A stretch of DNA of 63,824 bases, filler included, from Octopus bimaculoides (taxonomy: Eukaryota), in the NCBI RefSeq assembly GCF_001194135.2. It is 7 parts of 7 records of this genome, joined end to end, with 100 filler letters (N's around TTAATTAATTAA, not from the genome) between each part and the next. Parts side by side here need not be neighbours in the genome. Positions count along the whole stretch, not along the records: positions 1 to 24,050 come from NC_068991.1; 6 more parts are not named here. The stretch is one strand, 5' to 3'. Both the position numbers and the translations under genes were made by a program. Shown piece by piece: positions 1 to 11,732 of the stretch. Under the pieces are notes generated by a model. The model did no database searches. It saw nothing but the letters and a program-made list of their open reading frames with translations, and was not told where the DNA came from. Numbering within the stretch: position 1 is the first letter of the stretch; each line of letters begins with the position of its first letter.

Positions 1-82
1 ACACACACACACACACACATACACATAAATATATATATATACATACATACACATACATATACACATATACACACACACATAT
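1..82. repeat. Compound (CA)n/(TA)n/(TACA)n microsatellite
   Basis: Directly visible dinucleotide and tetranucleotide runs. Confidence 0.95.
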
Positions 83-1379
83 AAAGAGAATGAATGGGAG
101 AAAGAGAGTCTGCTGTATGTCGACCCAACAGAGGGACCAGCTGTCCGAGCTGACAGTACCATGGTAGATAAAGCAATTAAGAGTATGAGGACAGGGAAAG
201 CTCCCGGCCCATCAGGAATCACTGCAGAGATGCTCAAAATATCTGGGAGTGTCGGCTATAGCCTAGTCACCCGTATTACGAACCCGGTGATACATGAAGT
301 AGTCATACCCAATGACTGGTGTAGCAGCACCATAGTCAACTTCTACAAAGGTAAAGGTGAGGCTTTAGATACGAATAATTACAGAGGTATCAAGCTGTTA
401 GATCAGGTAATGAAAGTCACGGAGAGGGTTATAGCCCAACTAATTAGGGAGCGAATCAATTTAGATGAGATACAGTTTGAGTTCGTGCCAAGTAAAAGCA
501 CCACTGATGCTATATTTCTGGTAAGACAGCTGCAGGAGAAATAAACCTCTGTACCGGGCTTTTGTTGACATGGAGAAAGCCTTTGACAGGGTCCCCCGAT
601 CCCTTATCTGGTGGTCAATGAGGAAACTTGGGATAGCAGAATGGTTAGTGAGAGCTGTGCGAACCATGTACAGAGATGCTGTCAGTAAGGTGAGAGTTGG
701 AAATGAGTACAGTAATGAATTCCGGGTAGAGGTAGGGGTCCACCAGGGTTCTGTCCTCAGCCCCCTCCTATTTATCATAGTCCTCAAGGCGATCACAGAG
801 GAATTCAAGACAGGTTGCCCCTGGGAGCTCCTCTATGCTGATGACCTTGCACTAATTGCTGAGTCACTATCAGAACTAGAGGAGAAGTTTCAGGTGTTGA
901 AGCTGGGACTAGAATCGAAGGGCCTTAGAATCAATCTAGCTAAAACCAAAGTCCTAATAAGTAGGAAGGTAGATAAAACACAAACCCCTTCAGGTAGATG
1001 GCCCTGCTCAATATGTCGAAAAGGAGTAGGTAGTAACTCTATAAGATGTACCCAGTGCAAGCTATGGTTACATAAGAGATGCAGCAATATCAAAGGCAGG
1101 GTAACTAGGAATTTAGTTTTTGTATGTGGCAGATGTTCAGGTGCAATAAACACTGTAAACAAACAGGAAACAACTTCTGTCTCATTCCAGGGAGAAAAAC
1201 TAGAGGTAGTTGATAGCTTCCGCTATCTGGGTGACCAAGTTAGTAGTGGGGGTGGGTGCACTGAAAGTGTAGCTGCTAGAATAAGAATAGCCTGGGCAAG
1301 GTTCAGAGAGTTCTTACCTCTGCTGGCGACAAAGGGACTCTCACTCAGAGTAAAAGGCAGACTGTATGACGCATGTGTA
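83..1379 (+). pseudogene. Frameshifted RTE reverse transcriptase (ORFs 161-544 and 570-1379) with internal PHD-like finger
   Basis: YADD catalytic motif; CSIC...CTQCKLWLHKRC...CGRC between KTKV and FRYLG. Confidence 0.9.
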
Positions 1380-2382
1380 NNNNNNNNNNNNNNNNNNNNN
1401 NNNNNNNNNNNNNNNNNNNNNNNNNNNNNNNNNNNNNNNNNNNNNNNNNNNNNNNNNNNNNNNNNNNNNNNNNNNNNNNNNNNNNNNNNNNNNNNNNNNN
1501 NNNNNNNNNNNNNNNNNNNNNNNNNNNNNNNNNNNNNNNNNNNNNNNNNNNNNNNNNNNNNNNNNNNNNNNNNNNNNNNNNNNNNNNNNNNNNNNNNNNN
1601 NNNNNNNNNNNNNNNNNNNNNNNNNNNNNNNNNNNNNNNNNNNNNNNNNNNNNNNNNNNNNNNNNNNNNNNNNNNNNNNNNNNNNNNNNNNNNNNNNNNN
1701 NNNNNNNNNNNNNNNNNNNNNNNNNNNNNNNNNNNNNNNNNNNNNNNNNNNNNNNNNNNNNNNNNNNNNNNNNNNNNNNNNNNNNNNNNNNNNNNNNNNN
1801 NNNNNNNNNNNNNNNNNNNNNNNNNNNNNNNNNNNNNNNNNNNNNNNNNNNNNNNNNNNNNNNNNNNNNNNNNNNNNNNNNNNNNNNNNNNNNNNNNNNN
1901 NNNNNNNNNNNNNNNNNNNNNNNNNNNNNNNNNNNNNNNNNNNNNNNNNNNNNNNNNNNNNNNNNNNNNNNNNNNNNNNNNNNNNNNNNNNNNNNNNNNN
2001 NNNNNNNNNNNNNNNNNNNNNNNNNNNNNNNNNNNNNNNNNNNNNNNNNNNTGGACACAAAACTCAGCTTGCGAAGACTTATTGGGGCAAGCGAAAGCGA
2101 AATCGGGATGGCACCTGTGCTCAGTGTCGCCTTTCTGGCACTTGTGCCTGTGACATGTGTAAGGATTTTCGAGCGAGATCATTGCCAGTGCCCCTGGACT
2201 GGCTCTTGTGCAGGTAGCACATAAAATACACCATTTTGAGCGTGGCCGTTGCCAGTACCGCCTGACTGGCCTTCATGCGGGTGACACGTAAAAGCACCCA
2301 CTACACTCTCTGAGTGGTTGGCGTTAGGAAGGGCATCCAGCTGTAGAAACTCTGCCAAATCAGATTGGAGCCTGGTGTAGCC
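83..2382 (+). mobile_element. RTE-clade LINE copy A: 5'-truncated, RT region plus 3' UTR (gap 1380-2051)
   Basis: RT motifs GKAPGPSG, NYRGIKLL, DMEKAFDRV, GVHQGSVLSPLLF, LLYADDL, FRYLG. Frameshift near 541 from a 14-bp deletion relative to copy D (12015-12031). 3' UTR motif ggcgttaggaagggcatccagctgtagaaac at about 2320-2350. Confidence 0.93.
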
Positions 2383-5300
2383 AACCACTCTGAGAGTGTA
2401 GTGGATGCTTTCACGTGCCACTGGCACGAGGGCTCGTCTGACAGTACAGGCAACGGCCATGCTCAGAATGGTGTATTTTACGTGCCACCTGAACAGGAGT
2501 CAGTCCAGCAGCACTAGCAACGACCTCACTTGAATGTTTTGTTCATGGACCACCGGCCCAAGTGCCAGTAGGGCGATGCTGGTAGCGATCATGCTCAAAT
2601 GGTGCTATTTACATGCCACCAGCATGGAAGCCAGACAGCTATTCTGGTGGTGATCCCACTTGGATGGCACTGTTAGCGCTCCACTGGCATGGGTGCCAGT
2701 CATCGAATTTGGTTTAGTTTCGATTTCACTTGCCCCAACAGGTCTTCGCAAGCAGAGTTTAGTGTCCAATGAAGGAAGTTTGGCATGGGTGCCAGTCGTC
2801 GAATTTGGCTTGATTTCGATTTCACTTGTCTCAACAGGTCTTTGCAAGCAGGGTTCTGTGTCCAAAGAAGGAAAGATACGCATAAGTGGGCTGGCTACAC
2901 CCCTGGTAAAGGCCATGGGTCATGGTCTCACTTGTCTTGCCAAGTCTTCTCATGCACAGCATATTTCCAAAGGTCTCGGTCACTTGTCATTGCCTCGGTG
3001 AAGCCTAATGTTCGAAGGTTGTGCTTCACCACCTCAGCCCAGGTCTTCCATAGGTTCCCTCAACCGCTAGGCTGTGGCACATTTTCACACAGCTATTCTC
3101 ATCCATTCTCGCCAAATGACCATACCAGCGCAATCGTCTCTCTTGCACACCATAACTGATGCTTCTTAGGTCCAACTTTTCTCTCAAGGTACTTACACTC
3201 TGTCGAGTATGCACACTGATATTACACATCCATCAGAGCATACTGGCTTCATTCCTTGCGAGCTTACGCATGTCCTCAGCAGTCACGGCCCATGTTTCAC
3301 TGCCATGTAGCATGGCTGTTCATACACGTCATATAGTCTGCCTTTTACTCTGAGCAAGAGGCCCTTTGTCACCAGCAGAGGTAGGAGCTCTCTGAACTTT
3401 GCCCAGGATATTCTTATTCTAGCAGCTACACTTTCAGCAATCCCTCCTCCACTACTGACTTGGTCCACTAGGTAACGGAAGCTATTAACTACCAGTTTTT
3501 CTCCCTGGAATGTGGCAGAAGTTGTTCTCTGCACATTTTCAGTGTTTATTGCTCCAGAGCATCTGCCACATATNNNNNNNNNNNNNNNNNNNNNNNNNNN
3601 NNNNNNNNNNNNNNNNNNNNNNNNNNNNNNNNNNNNNNNNNNNNNNNNNNNNNNNNNNNNNNNNNNNNNNNNNNNNNNNNNNNNNNNNNNNNNNNNNNNN
3701 NNNNNNNNNNNNNNNNNNNNNNNNNNNNNNNNNNNNNNNNNNNNNNNNNNNNNNNNNNNNNNNNNNNNNNNNNNNNNNNNNNNNNNNNNNNNNNNNNNNN
3801 NNNNNNNNNNNNNNNNNNNNNNNNNNNNNNNNNNNNNNNNNNNNNNNNNNNNNNNNNNNNNNNNNNNNNNNNNNNNNNNNNNNNNNNNNNNNNNNNNNNN
3901 NNNNNNNNNNNNNNNNNNNNNNNNNNNNNNNNNNNNNNNNNNNNNNNNNNNNNNNNNNNNNNNNNNNNNNNNNNNNNNNNNNNNNNNNNNNNNNNNGACC
4001 TTCATTACCTGATCCAACAGCTTGATACCTCTGTAATTATTTGTGTCTAAAGTGTCACCTTTACCTTTGTAGAAGTTGACTATGGTGCTGCTACCCCAGT
4101 CATTGGGTATGACTCCTTCGTGTATCACCTGGTTAACAATACAGGTGACTAGGCTATAGCTGACACTGCCAGATATTTTGAGCATCTCTGCAGTGATTCT
4201 TGATGGGAAGGGCGTTTTCTCTGTCTTCATACTCTTAATTGCTTTATCTATCAAGGTACTGTCAATAAGGATAGCTGGTCCCTCTGCAGGGTCAACATTT
4301 GGCAGACTCTCTTTCTCCCATTCATTCTCTTTATTGAGTAACATTTCATAGTGGTGTCTCCAAACCTCTCTCTTTGCAGCCTCGTTTAGTGCAAGTGAAC
4401 TATCATCCACGCGGACACATTTCTCTCCTACGACATCATGATTCTCTCTCACACACAGTGTTGCAACACGAAATACTTCAAGTCTTTGGTCCTCACGGCA
4501 CAGAACACTGGCAAATTTTTTCTTATCTGCTTCCCCTCTGGCTAAATAAACCTGTCTCCTACCTTCCCGTCTGGCAGTCTGATACAATTCCCTGCTACCT
4601 CCGTTCTTCCAAGCCTGTTTCTTTTGTCTAATAGCCCTGTCAACCACATTGTTCCACGACCACATTACCTTGGATCGAGAGGAGACTTTGCACCATCCAC
4701 AGATCTGGTCAGTGGCTCTCAGCAGGTTGTCTCAAAGAAACCTCCAGTGGTCTTCTACATCATGTAATGCTACATCCCCTTCTATTTCGTGAAAGGCTTT
4801 GAGTAATATGTCTCTAAATCTCTGTCCATTTGCAGGATCTTTAAGCTTCCAGACCTTTCTCCTCCATGTTGGTCGTCTTCTGGGCAACCACTTAGCCCTG
4901 ATCCTGAAGTCGCTAACTACTAATCTATGTTGAGGAGTATTTTTTTTCGCCTGGGAAGGTTTTGGCATTTATAAGCAGCCTTCTTTCCCTTTTTGTGGCG
5001 AGGATGTAGTCAATTTGGCTAGTGTGTCTGCCGGAACGGTAGGTGACTAGGTGACAAGCGGGTTTCCTGGAGTTGGTATTGCAAACCATAAGATCCAGAA
5101 TTCCAGCAGTCTGGTTCCCTCCTCATTGCGGGAATGCCATGGAAGCCCCCTGTATGTTGTCCAACATGTCCATTGAAATCACCAGCCACAAAGAGAAGGT
5201 CCCTGTCATTCATCAGCAAGGTAGTCTACAATAAGGTGTCATAAAATCAGTCTTTCTGCCCATCCGGTAGCCCCGGTAAAGGGGCATAGGCTGAGATAAT

Positions 5301-5730
5301 GGTAGCTAACCTATGGTGAAGCACTAATCTAATCTTAAGTACTCTGTCGACTACCTCGATTACCTTATCAACCCATTTCTCTGCAAGAAGCATACCCACA
5401 TCCCTGACCCCGTCAGTGTTCCCTGCACAAAAATTTTGTACCTGTGTTCTTTGCCTGTGAGGAACCTAGCGGAACCTCCTCTCCACCTTACTTCCTGGAT
5501 GCAGCACAAATCTACACATCTCCGTTCAAGCATCTCAACAATCTCATCAGACCTACCTTTCAATGTGCTGACGTTCAGTGTGCCAACTCTGAGGGTGTCG
5601 GAGGTGTGGGCCTGTGAGACCCTAAGATGAGGGACAGCAGTGTCATGTACCTGAAAAGAAAGCTTGCATTTGGCAGAATTCATAAACAAACAATAGCCTA
5701 CAACCTGCATATACTACACCATTTTTATGT
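2380..5730 (-). mobile_element. RTE-clade LINE copy B, near full length (APE endonuclease + RT + 3' UTR), decayed
   Basis: APE motifs TLNVSTL..QEVRW (5360-5710), AGDFNGHVG (5019-5219), QHRLVVSDF (4732-4968); RT segment 3283-4665; C-terminal QERRLRWYGH (3026-3229); 3' UTR antisense at 2380-2950. Confidence 0.93.
2685..2875. repeat. Two 96-bp tandem copies inside the 3' UTR of RTE copy B
   Basis: tggcatgggtgccagtc(a/g)tcgaatttgg... starts at 2685 and at 2781. Confidence 0.9.
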
Positions 5731-6282
5731 GCTATATGATCGATAAACTCTAGGTAGGGGTAGGGATGGTGTTAAGCCCTTAGAAGTGTTTGCGGGAGAC
5801 AACCAAAGATGACAAAGGATAGGAACTTCCGGTAAAGGTGGAGGGGATGGGAGGGCAGGCATACGAGCCAGTAAGTTCAGACGAGAGCATCTTCTGCACT
5901 TGTATACTATGGTGGACAAATTTAGAGAGATTGAATTAACAAAATGATAAACTTGAATAAAATAAATAAAATGTAACGATTAACGGATATGCATGAATTA
6001 GAGACAAACAAGGAAGACGAAGCTATCGGAACTATGTTTCCATGGTAAAGAAATAGATAGATAATAAAAAACGAATGGGAGAGGGGGAGGTTTATGATCT
6101 ATGCAGAAACAGGAGTACATGAACAAGGTTGAAAAGATAAAATTTCTTATCTGATCATCTTCTGAAATTCGTATTCTATCAGCAGAGGAATTAAAAATCG
6201 AGTAGGGGAAACACTGTATTGCACTGGCTTATATAGAGTTAGGGTTAGGGTTAAAGGGGTGGGAGGTGTTGGCGAATCAGGC

Positions 6283-6287
6283 GGTAA

Positions 6288-6330
<43 letters not shown>

Positions 6331-6645
6331 GAGGGGTCCAAGTTAGGTGGACAGGCAGTGAATACAACACAAGGAAGAATATTCTTTGGGATTTTGGGTA
6401 ACATAATTTAATGAAACAGCAAATGCCAAAATCGTGAGATAGAATTGAAAAATATTCTTGGGATTTTGGGAAACATAATTTAAAGAAACAACAGTGGTAA
6501 ATCGAAGAGAGAGAGAGACAGACAGACAGACAGTGATGTAGAGAGAGGGGGGTCAGGCAGTAAATACAACATGAGGAAAAGGAATATTCTTTGGGATTTT
6601 GGGTAAACAATTGAATGAAACAGCAAATGCCGAAATTGTGAGATT
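6283..6645. repeat. Diverged ~213-bp tandem duplication containing (GA)n and three copies of aatattct(t)tgggattttggg
   Basis: ggtaa(a)atcgaagagaga at 6283 and 6496; sub-motif near 6378, 6451 and 6583. Confidence 0.8.
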
Positions 6646-6671
6646 ATATATATATAGACATACACATATAT

Positions 6672-9600
6672 ATCATCATCATCATTTAGCATCCGTTGTC
6701 CATGCTGGCATGGGTTGGATGATTTGACTGGGCTGGTATGCTGGAAGGCTGTGCCAAACTCCAGTCTGATTTGGCATTGTTTTCTACAACTGGACGCCCT
6801 TCCAACCACTCTGAGAGTGTTATGGCAGCTTTTACATGCCACCAGCACAGGTGCCATTTGCATGTCACCGGTATCTGCCAGGACAGCAATTTTGCTCGGC
6901 TTGATGGGTCTTCTTCTCAAGCACAACATAACACCAAATGTCTTGCTCATTGCCTCCGTGAGGCACAGAACTTGCAAAGAGCTCGGCCACTTTGCCTCCA
7001 TGAAGCCCAATGCTTGGAAGGAACTCAACCACCTCGCTTCCATGAGGCCCGTTTGAAAGGAACTCAGACATCTTGCCTCCGTGAGACCCAACACTCAAAA
7101 GGAACTCAGCCACTTTGTCTCCATGAGGCCCAATGCTCATCAGTTTGCTTCCATCAGGCCTGATGCTCAAGGTTATTTTTTATATGCTACCAGCACGGGT
7201 GCACTTGGCTTGACAAGTCCTCTTAAATAGAACACATTGCCAAAGGTCTCAGTCACAAGTCATTGTCTCTGTGAAGTTCAAAATTCGATGGTCATGCTTC
7301 ATCACCTCATCTCATGTCTTCCTGGGTCTACCTCTACCACAGGTTCCCTCCACAGTTAAAGATCGGCACTTCTTTACACAACTGTCCTCATCCATATCCA
7401 TCAGATGACCATACCAGCGCAGTCGTCTCTCTTGCACACCACATCTGATTCGTCTTATGCCTAACTTTTCTCTCAAGATGCTTACTCTGCTGAATATGCT
7501 CACTGACATTGCACATCTAGCAAAGCATACCAGCTTCATTTCTCTGAAGCCTATGCTCGTCCTCGGCTGTCATAGCCCGTGTTTCACTGCCATACAGCAT
7601 AGCTGTTTGCACACAGGCATCAAACAATCCGCCTTTCACTCTGAGAGAGAGGCCCTTTGTTGCCAGCAGGGGTAGTAGCTCTCTGAACTTTGCCCAGCCT
7701 AATCTTATTCTCACAGCTTCGCTCTCGGAACAACCACTTCCACCACTAATTTGGTCGCCTAAATACTAGAAGCTATATAATACTTCTAGCTTCCCTACTG
7801 GCAGTTGATGAACTCTATTTTCAGCACATGTTCAGGATTTATTATGACTGTGTACCTTCCACATACAAAAGTTAGTTTCTCTGTTAATCTTCCTTTGATG
7901 CTGCTGTACCTTTTGTGTGTCCAAAGCTTACACTGGGTGCATCTTATGGAGTTTCTACACTCTTTCTGCAGATTGAGCAGGGCCATCTACCAGAGAGGAT
8001 TTGTGATTTGTCTGCCTTCCTACTTACTATGACTTTGGTTTTTGCAAGGTTAACTCTAAGGCCCTTTGATTCTAGACCTTGTTTCCATACCTGGAACTTC
8101 TCTAGCTCAGGCAGTGATTCAGCTATAAGAACAAGGTCATCAGCTCAGTGGAGCTTCCAGTGGCAGCCTGTCTTGAATTCCTCCATTATTGCCTGGAGGA
8201 CTATGATGAATAAGAGGGGGATGAGCACAAATCCTTGGAGTACCCCTACTTCTACCCTGCATTCTTCGCTGTACTTGTTGTCCACACTCACCTTACTGGT
8301 AGCCCTGTACAAGGCTTGTACAGCTCTCACCAACCACTCGTCTATCCCTAGTTTCCACATTGACCACCAGATAATGGATCAGGGGACTCTGTCAAAAGCT
8401 TTCTCCAAGTCAACAAAAGCAAGAGGTTTATCTTTGGCTAGGTATTTCTCCTGCAGTTCCCTTACCAGAAATATAGCACCAGTGGTGCTTCTACCTGACA
8501 CAAAGCCAAACTGTATCTCATCTAGACTAACTCTCTACCTGATTAGTTGGGCTATGGCTCTCTCCACAACTTTCATCACCTGATCCAACAATTCGATACC
8601 TCTAATTATTTCTATTTAAGGTATCATCTTTACCTTTATAGTAGTTGGCTATGGTACTGCTACACCAGTCATTGGGTATGACTCCTTCATGAACCACCTG
8701 ATTTACAAAACAAGGGACTAGACCATAACCCACACCACCAGATATTTTAAGCATCCCAGCAGTGACTCCTGATGGGCCAGGGGCTTTTCTTGTCTTCATA
8801 GCCTTAATTGCTTTTTCTACCAGGGTACTGTCAATTTGGATAGCTGGTCCCGCAGTTGGGTGAATATTTGATAGACTCTCCTCCTCCCATTCATTCTCCA
8901 CATTCAGTAGTCTTTCCAAGCCTCTTTCTTTGCAGACTCATTAAAAGCAAGTGCACCATCATCCATGTGAACATATTTCTTTCCTATGACATCACAATTC
9001 TCTCTCACACACTGTCTTGCAATCTGAAATACTTCAGTTCATTGGTCCTCACTGCGCTGAACTTCTTCTTTTCTGCTTCTCCCATGGTTAGATATACTTG
9101 TCTCCTAGCTTCCCTTCTGGCTATCTGATACAGTTCCCTGCTGCCCCAACTCTTCCAGGCCTGCTTCTTTGTTCTCATGGCCCTGTCTATGGTATTATTC
9201 CACCATTACGTTACCCTGGGTCTTGAAATACTTTACACCAGCCACAGATATGATCTGTGGCACTCAGCAAGCTGTCTTGCAGGAATTCCCAGTTGCCCTC
9301 TATGTCACAAGTTTGTAGTTGCTCCTCCCTCTCATCAAATTTCTCAATAAGGATATCCCTAAATCTCTGACCATATGAAGAGTCCTTAGGCTTCCAGACC
9401 TTTCTTTCCTAGATTGATCTGCTTCTTGGCATCGTTCTGATCTGGAGTCTAGAGTTGCTAATGACTAGTCTATGCTGGGGGGTACATTCTTCACCAGGAA
9501 GAGTCTTTGCATTTAAGAGCAAACATGCATCCTGCTGTCTGATCAGAATGAAATCTATCTGGCTAGGAGAATCACCTGATTGATAGGTTATTAGGTGGCT

Positions 9601-10099
9601 GGTTGGCTTCCTGAAGTTGGTGTTGCAGGTCAAAAGGTTATTCGCATCACAGAATTCCAATAGCCTTGTTCCCTCTTCATTTCGGGAACCAATTCCATGG
9701 CCCCCATGAACACTATGAGAGATATTGGGCTGCTGTCCAACAAGCCCATTGAAATCACCCTACCCCAACGATGATGAGATCATTGTCACTCATCTTCGAG
9801 TGGTCCTCCTGTTCATTTTGTAGGCCTGCTTGTGAGGTGTAGGCAGATATAATTGTAGCTATACTATTCTGCAAGATTAGCCTGAGCTTAAGTACTCTAT
9901 CACATACTCTAACTATCGCTATGACGTTATCCACCCATTTCTCAGCTAGGAGGATGCCAACACTGTCAATGTTACCTTATCAGAAGATTTTACACCTATG
10001 TGTTTTGCCTGTGAGGAACCTGGCTGAAGCTCCTCTCCACCTAACCTCTTGGATGTAACATATATCAACATGCCTCCTTTCAAGCATCTCTACAATCTC

Positions 10100-10100
<1 letters not shown>
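6672..10100 (-). mobile_element. RTE-clade LINE copy C (APE + RT + 3' UTR + (ATG)n tail), heavily decayed, 5' end lost at (TA)n
   Basis: (CAT)n tail at 6672; ORF remnants 7312-7539, 7517-7714, 7795-7986, 8145-8360, 8602-8919 and 9409-9660 match RTE RT/APE; APE N-terminal region at 10010-10100. Confidence 0.92.
6951..7172. repeat. Six ~30-42-bp tandem modules in the 3' UTR of RTE copy C
   Basis: Units start at 6951, 6993, 7035, 7074, 7116 and 7146; consensus about tgcctccatgaggcccaatgctcgaaaggaactcagccactt. Confidence 0.85.
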
Positions 10101-10130
<30 letters not shown>

Positions 10131-10133
<3 letters not shown>

Positions 10134-10739
10134 TTTGACCGAATAATGACTGGTGATGAGAAATGGGCTCTCTATAAAAATCTCAAGCGCCAAAGGCAGT
10201 AGGTAAGGAAAGGAGAAACACCGGCACCCCAGGCTAAAGAAGGTCTTCATCCATATAAGGTGTTGTTTTCCGTTTGGTGGGATATAAAAGGTTTAGTCCA
10301 CTTTGAACTTTTAGACCCAAACCAAAGGATAACAAAGGAGATCTACTGTGANNNNNNNNNNNNNNNNNNNNNNNNNNNNNNNNNNNNNNNNNNNNNNNNN
10401 NNNNNNNNNNNNNNNNNNNNNNNNNNNNNNNNNNNNNNNNNNNNNNNNNNNNNNNNNNNNNNNNNNNNNNNNNNNNNNNNNNNNNNNNNNNNNNNNNNNN
10501 NNNNNNNNNNNNNNNNNNNNNNNNNNNNNNNNNNNNNNNNNNNNNNNNNNNNNNNNNNNNNNNNNNNNNNNNNNNNACAAGTCAGAACAGTACTGAAGGA
10601 GTCTACCAGATAGAAGGAAGAGCATTGTAGAAAATGAAGGAGAGTATATTTTAGATCAAAAAAGAACTTTTTTTATCCTAATTTTGAAAAGTAACACAAG
10701 TATAAAAAAAACCCACATTATTTATGGGACGACCCAATA
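10131..10739 (+). mobile_element. Mariner (DD34D-type) transposon, 3' half with 3' TIR
   Basis: FDRIMTGDEKW...LHPYKVLFSVWWDIKGLVHFELL..NQRIT; 3' terminus aaaacccacattatttatgggacgacccaa+ta; gap 10352-10577. Confidence 0.88.
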
Positions 10740-11732
10740 CATCTATGTATAAGTGTAAGTATGTATGTATTTATCTCTGTACATAAATATGTAGACAAGT
10801 GTGTGTGTGTGTGTGCGCGCGTGCGTGCGTGCGTGTGTGTGTGTAATTGTGAGTATAGCAAAGAAATAGGCAGAGGCGTATAATAATAGTAAGAGGGTTA
10901 GTAAGAGTACAGTATCTGGTAATAAACAGGAACTGAATGCAAGATGCTTCCAGAAATACGTTTAGAAGTGTAAACAAATCGTATATCATTTCCTAGTAGA
11001 TACTTGTATAAGTGGTTGCATTTTGAGGAGTGGCTTTGAACAAAGCTTATATTCTTCTTGATGTGGTGTGTGTGTGTGTGTGTGTGGACATCTGTGTTTG
11101 GGAAGAATGACACAGCTTGGTTATTTTGTATTTAAATGATGAAGTGTTGTTAATGTTGCCATTGTTGTTTGTACTGTTGTTGCTCCTGTTGTCATCTTCA
11201 GTTCTTTCCCTGAGTTTTATTTATTTATTAAGTTTTTTTTTTGTGCTTCAATCAAATAATTCTATGACTAAAACATTCCATACATGACCATCTTCTCCTA
11301 TTTTATTATCAGATGGTGTATCTAGAACTACCTTACCTACTGTGTCCTTCCTTTTTTATAATGGTAAGGTGTGATGTAAGAGGAATAGGATCTAGGTTTT
11401 TTCATTCGCAAAATATGCATTTTTGTTAAAAGAAGTAAAAATCTGAAAATCGGCTATAATAATGTAGTCTTCCAGTCTCATTGCAATGAAGGTATGATGT
11501 TGTGGAGAAAAAAAATGGAGAAAAAGCTGGAGATTTAAAAATTGGAAAAACTGTATTTTTAGCCAATAGCGAGACAGAAATTTTTGGTACTTTTTGTTTA
11601 TCTCACCAGTATTAAAAAATTGCCATTAAAAAATTGGGTTATCTCCCCACTAAAATATTGAATTTATGTGGTGACAAGATTGAATTAAAAGGGTTAGATC
11701 CTTTTGATTCAATACTTCAACACATTGACTTT

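Noticed and set aside
1223-2224. Long ORFs spanning N runs (also 31282-32088, 32813-33548, 43211-44252, 47543-48252, 49111-49771 and others)
   Set aside because: Length comes from untranslatable N gaps; the flanking residues are microsatellite or off-frame TE sequence.
6239-6250. Telomeric TTAGGG x2
   Set aside because: Only two units; expected by chance.
6951-7172. Regularly spaced ~42-bp repeats resembling a CRISPR array
   Set aside because: No unique spacers, units diverge, they derive from the RTE ORF end, the context is eukaryotic and there are no cas genes.
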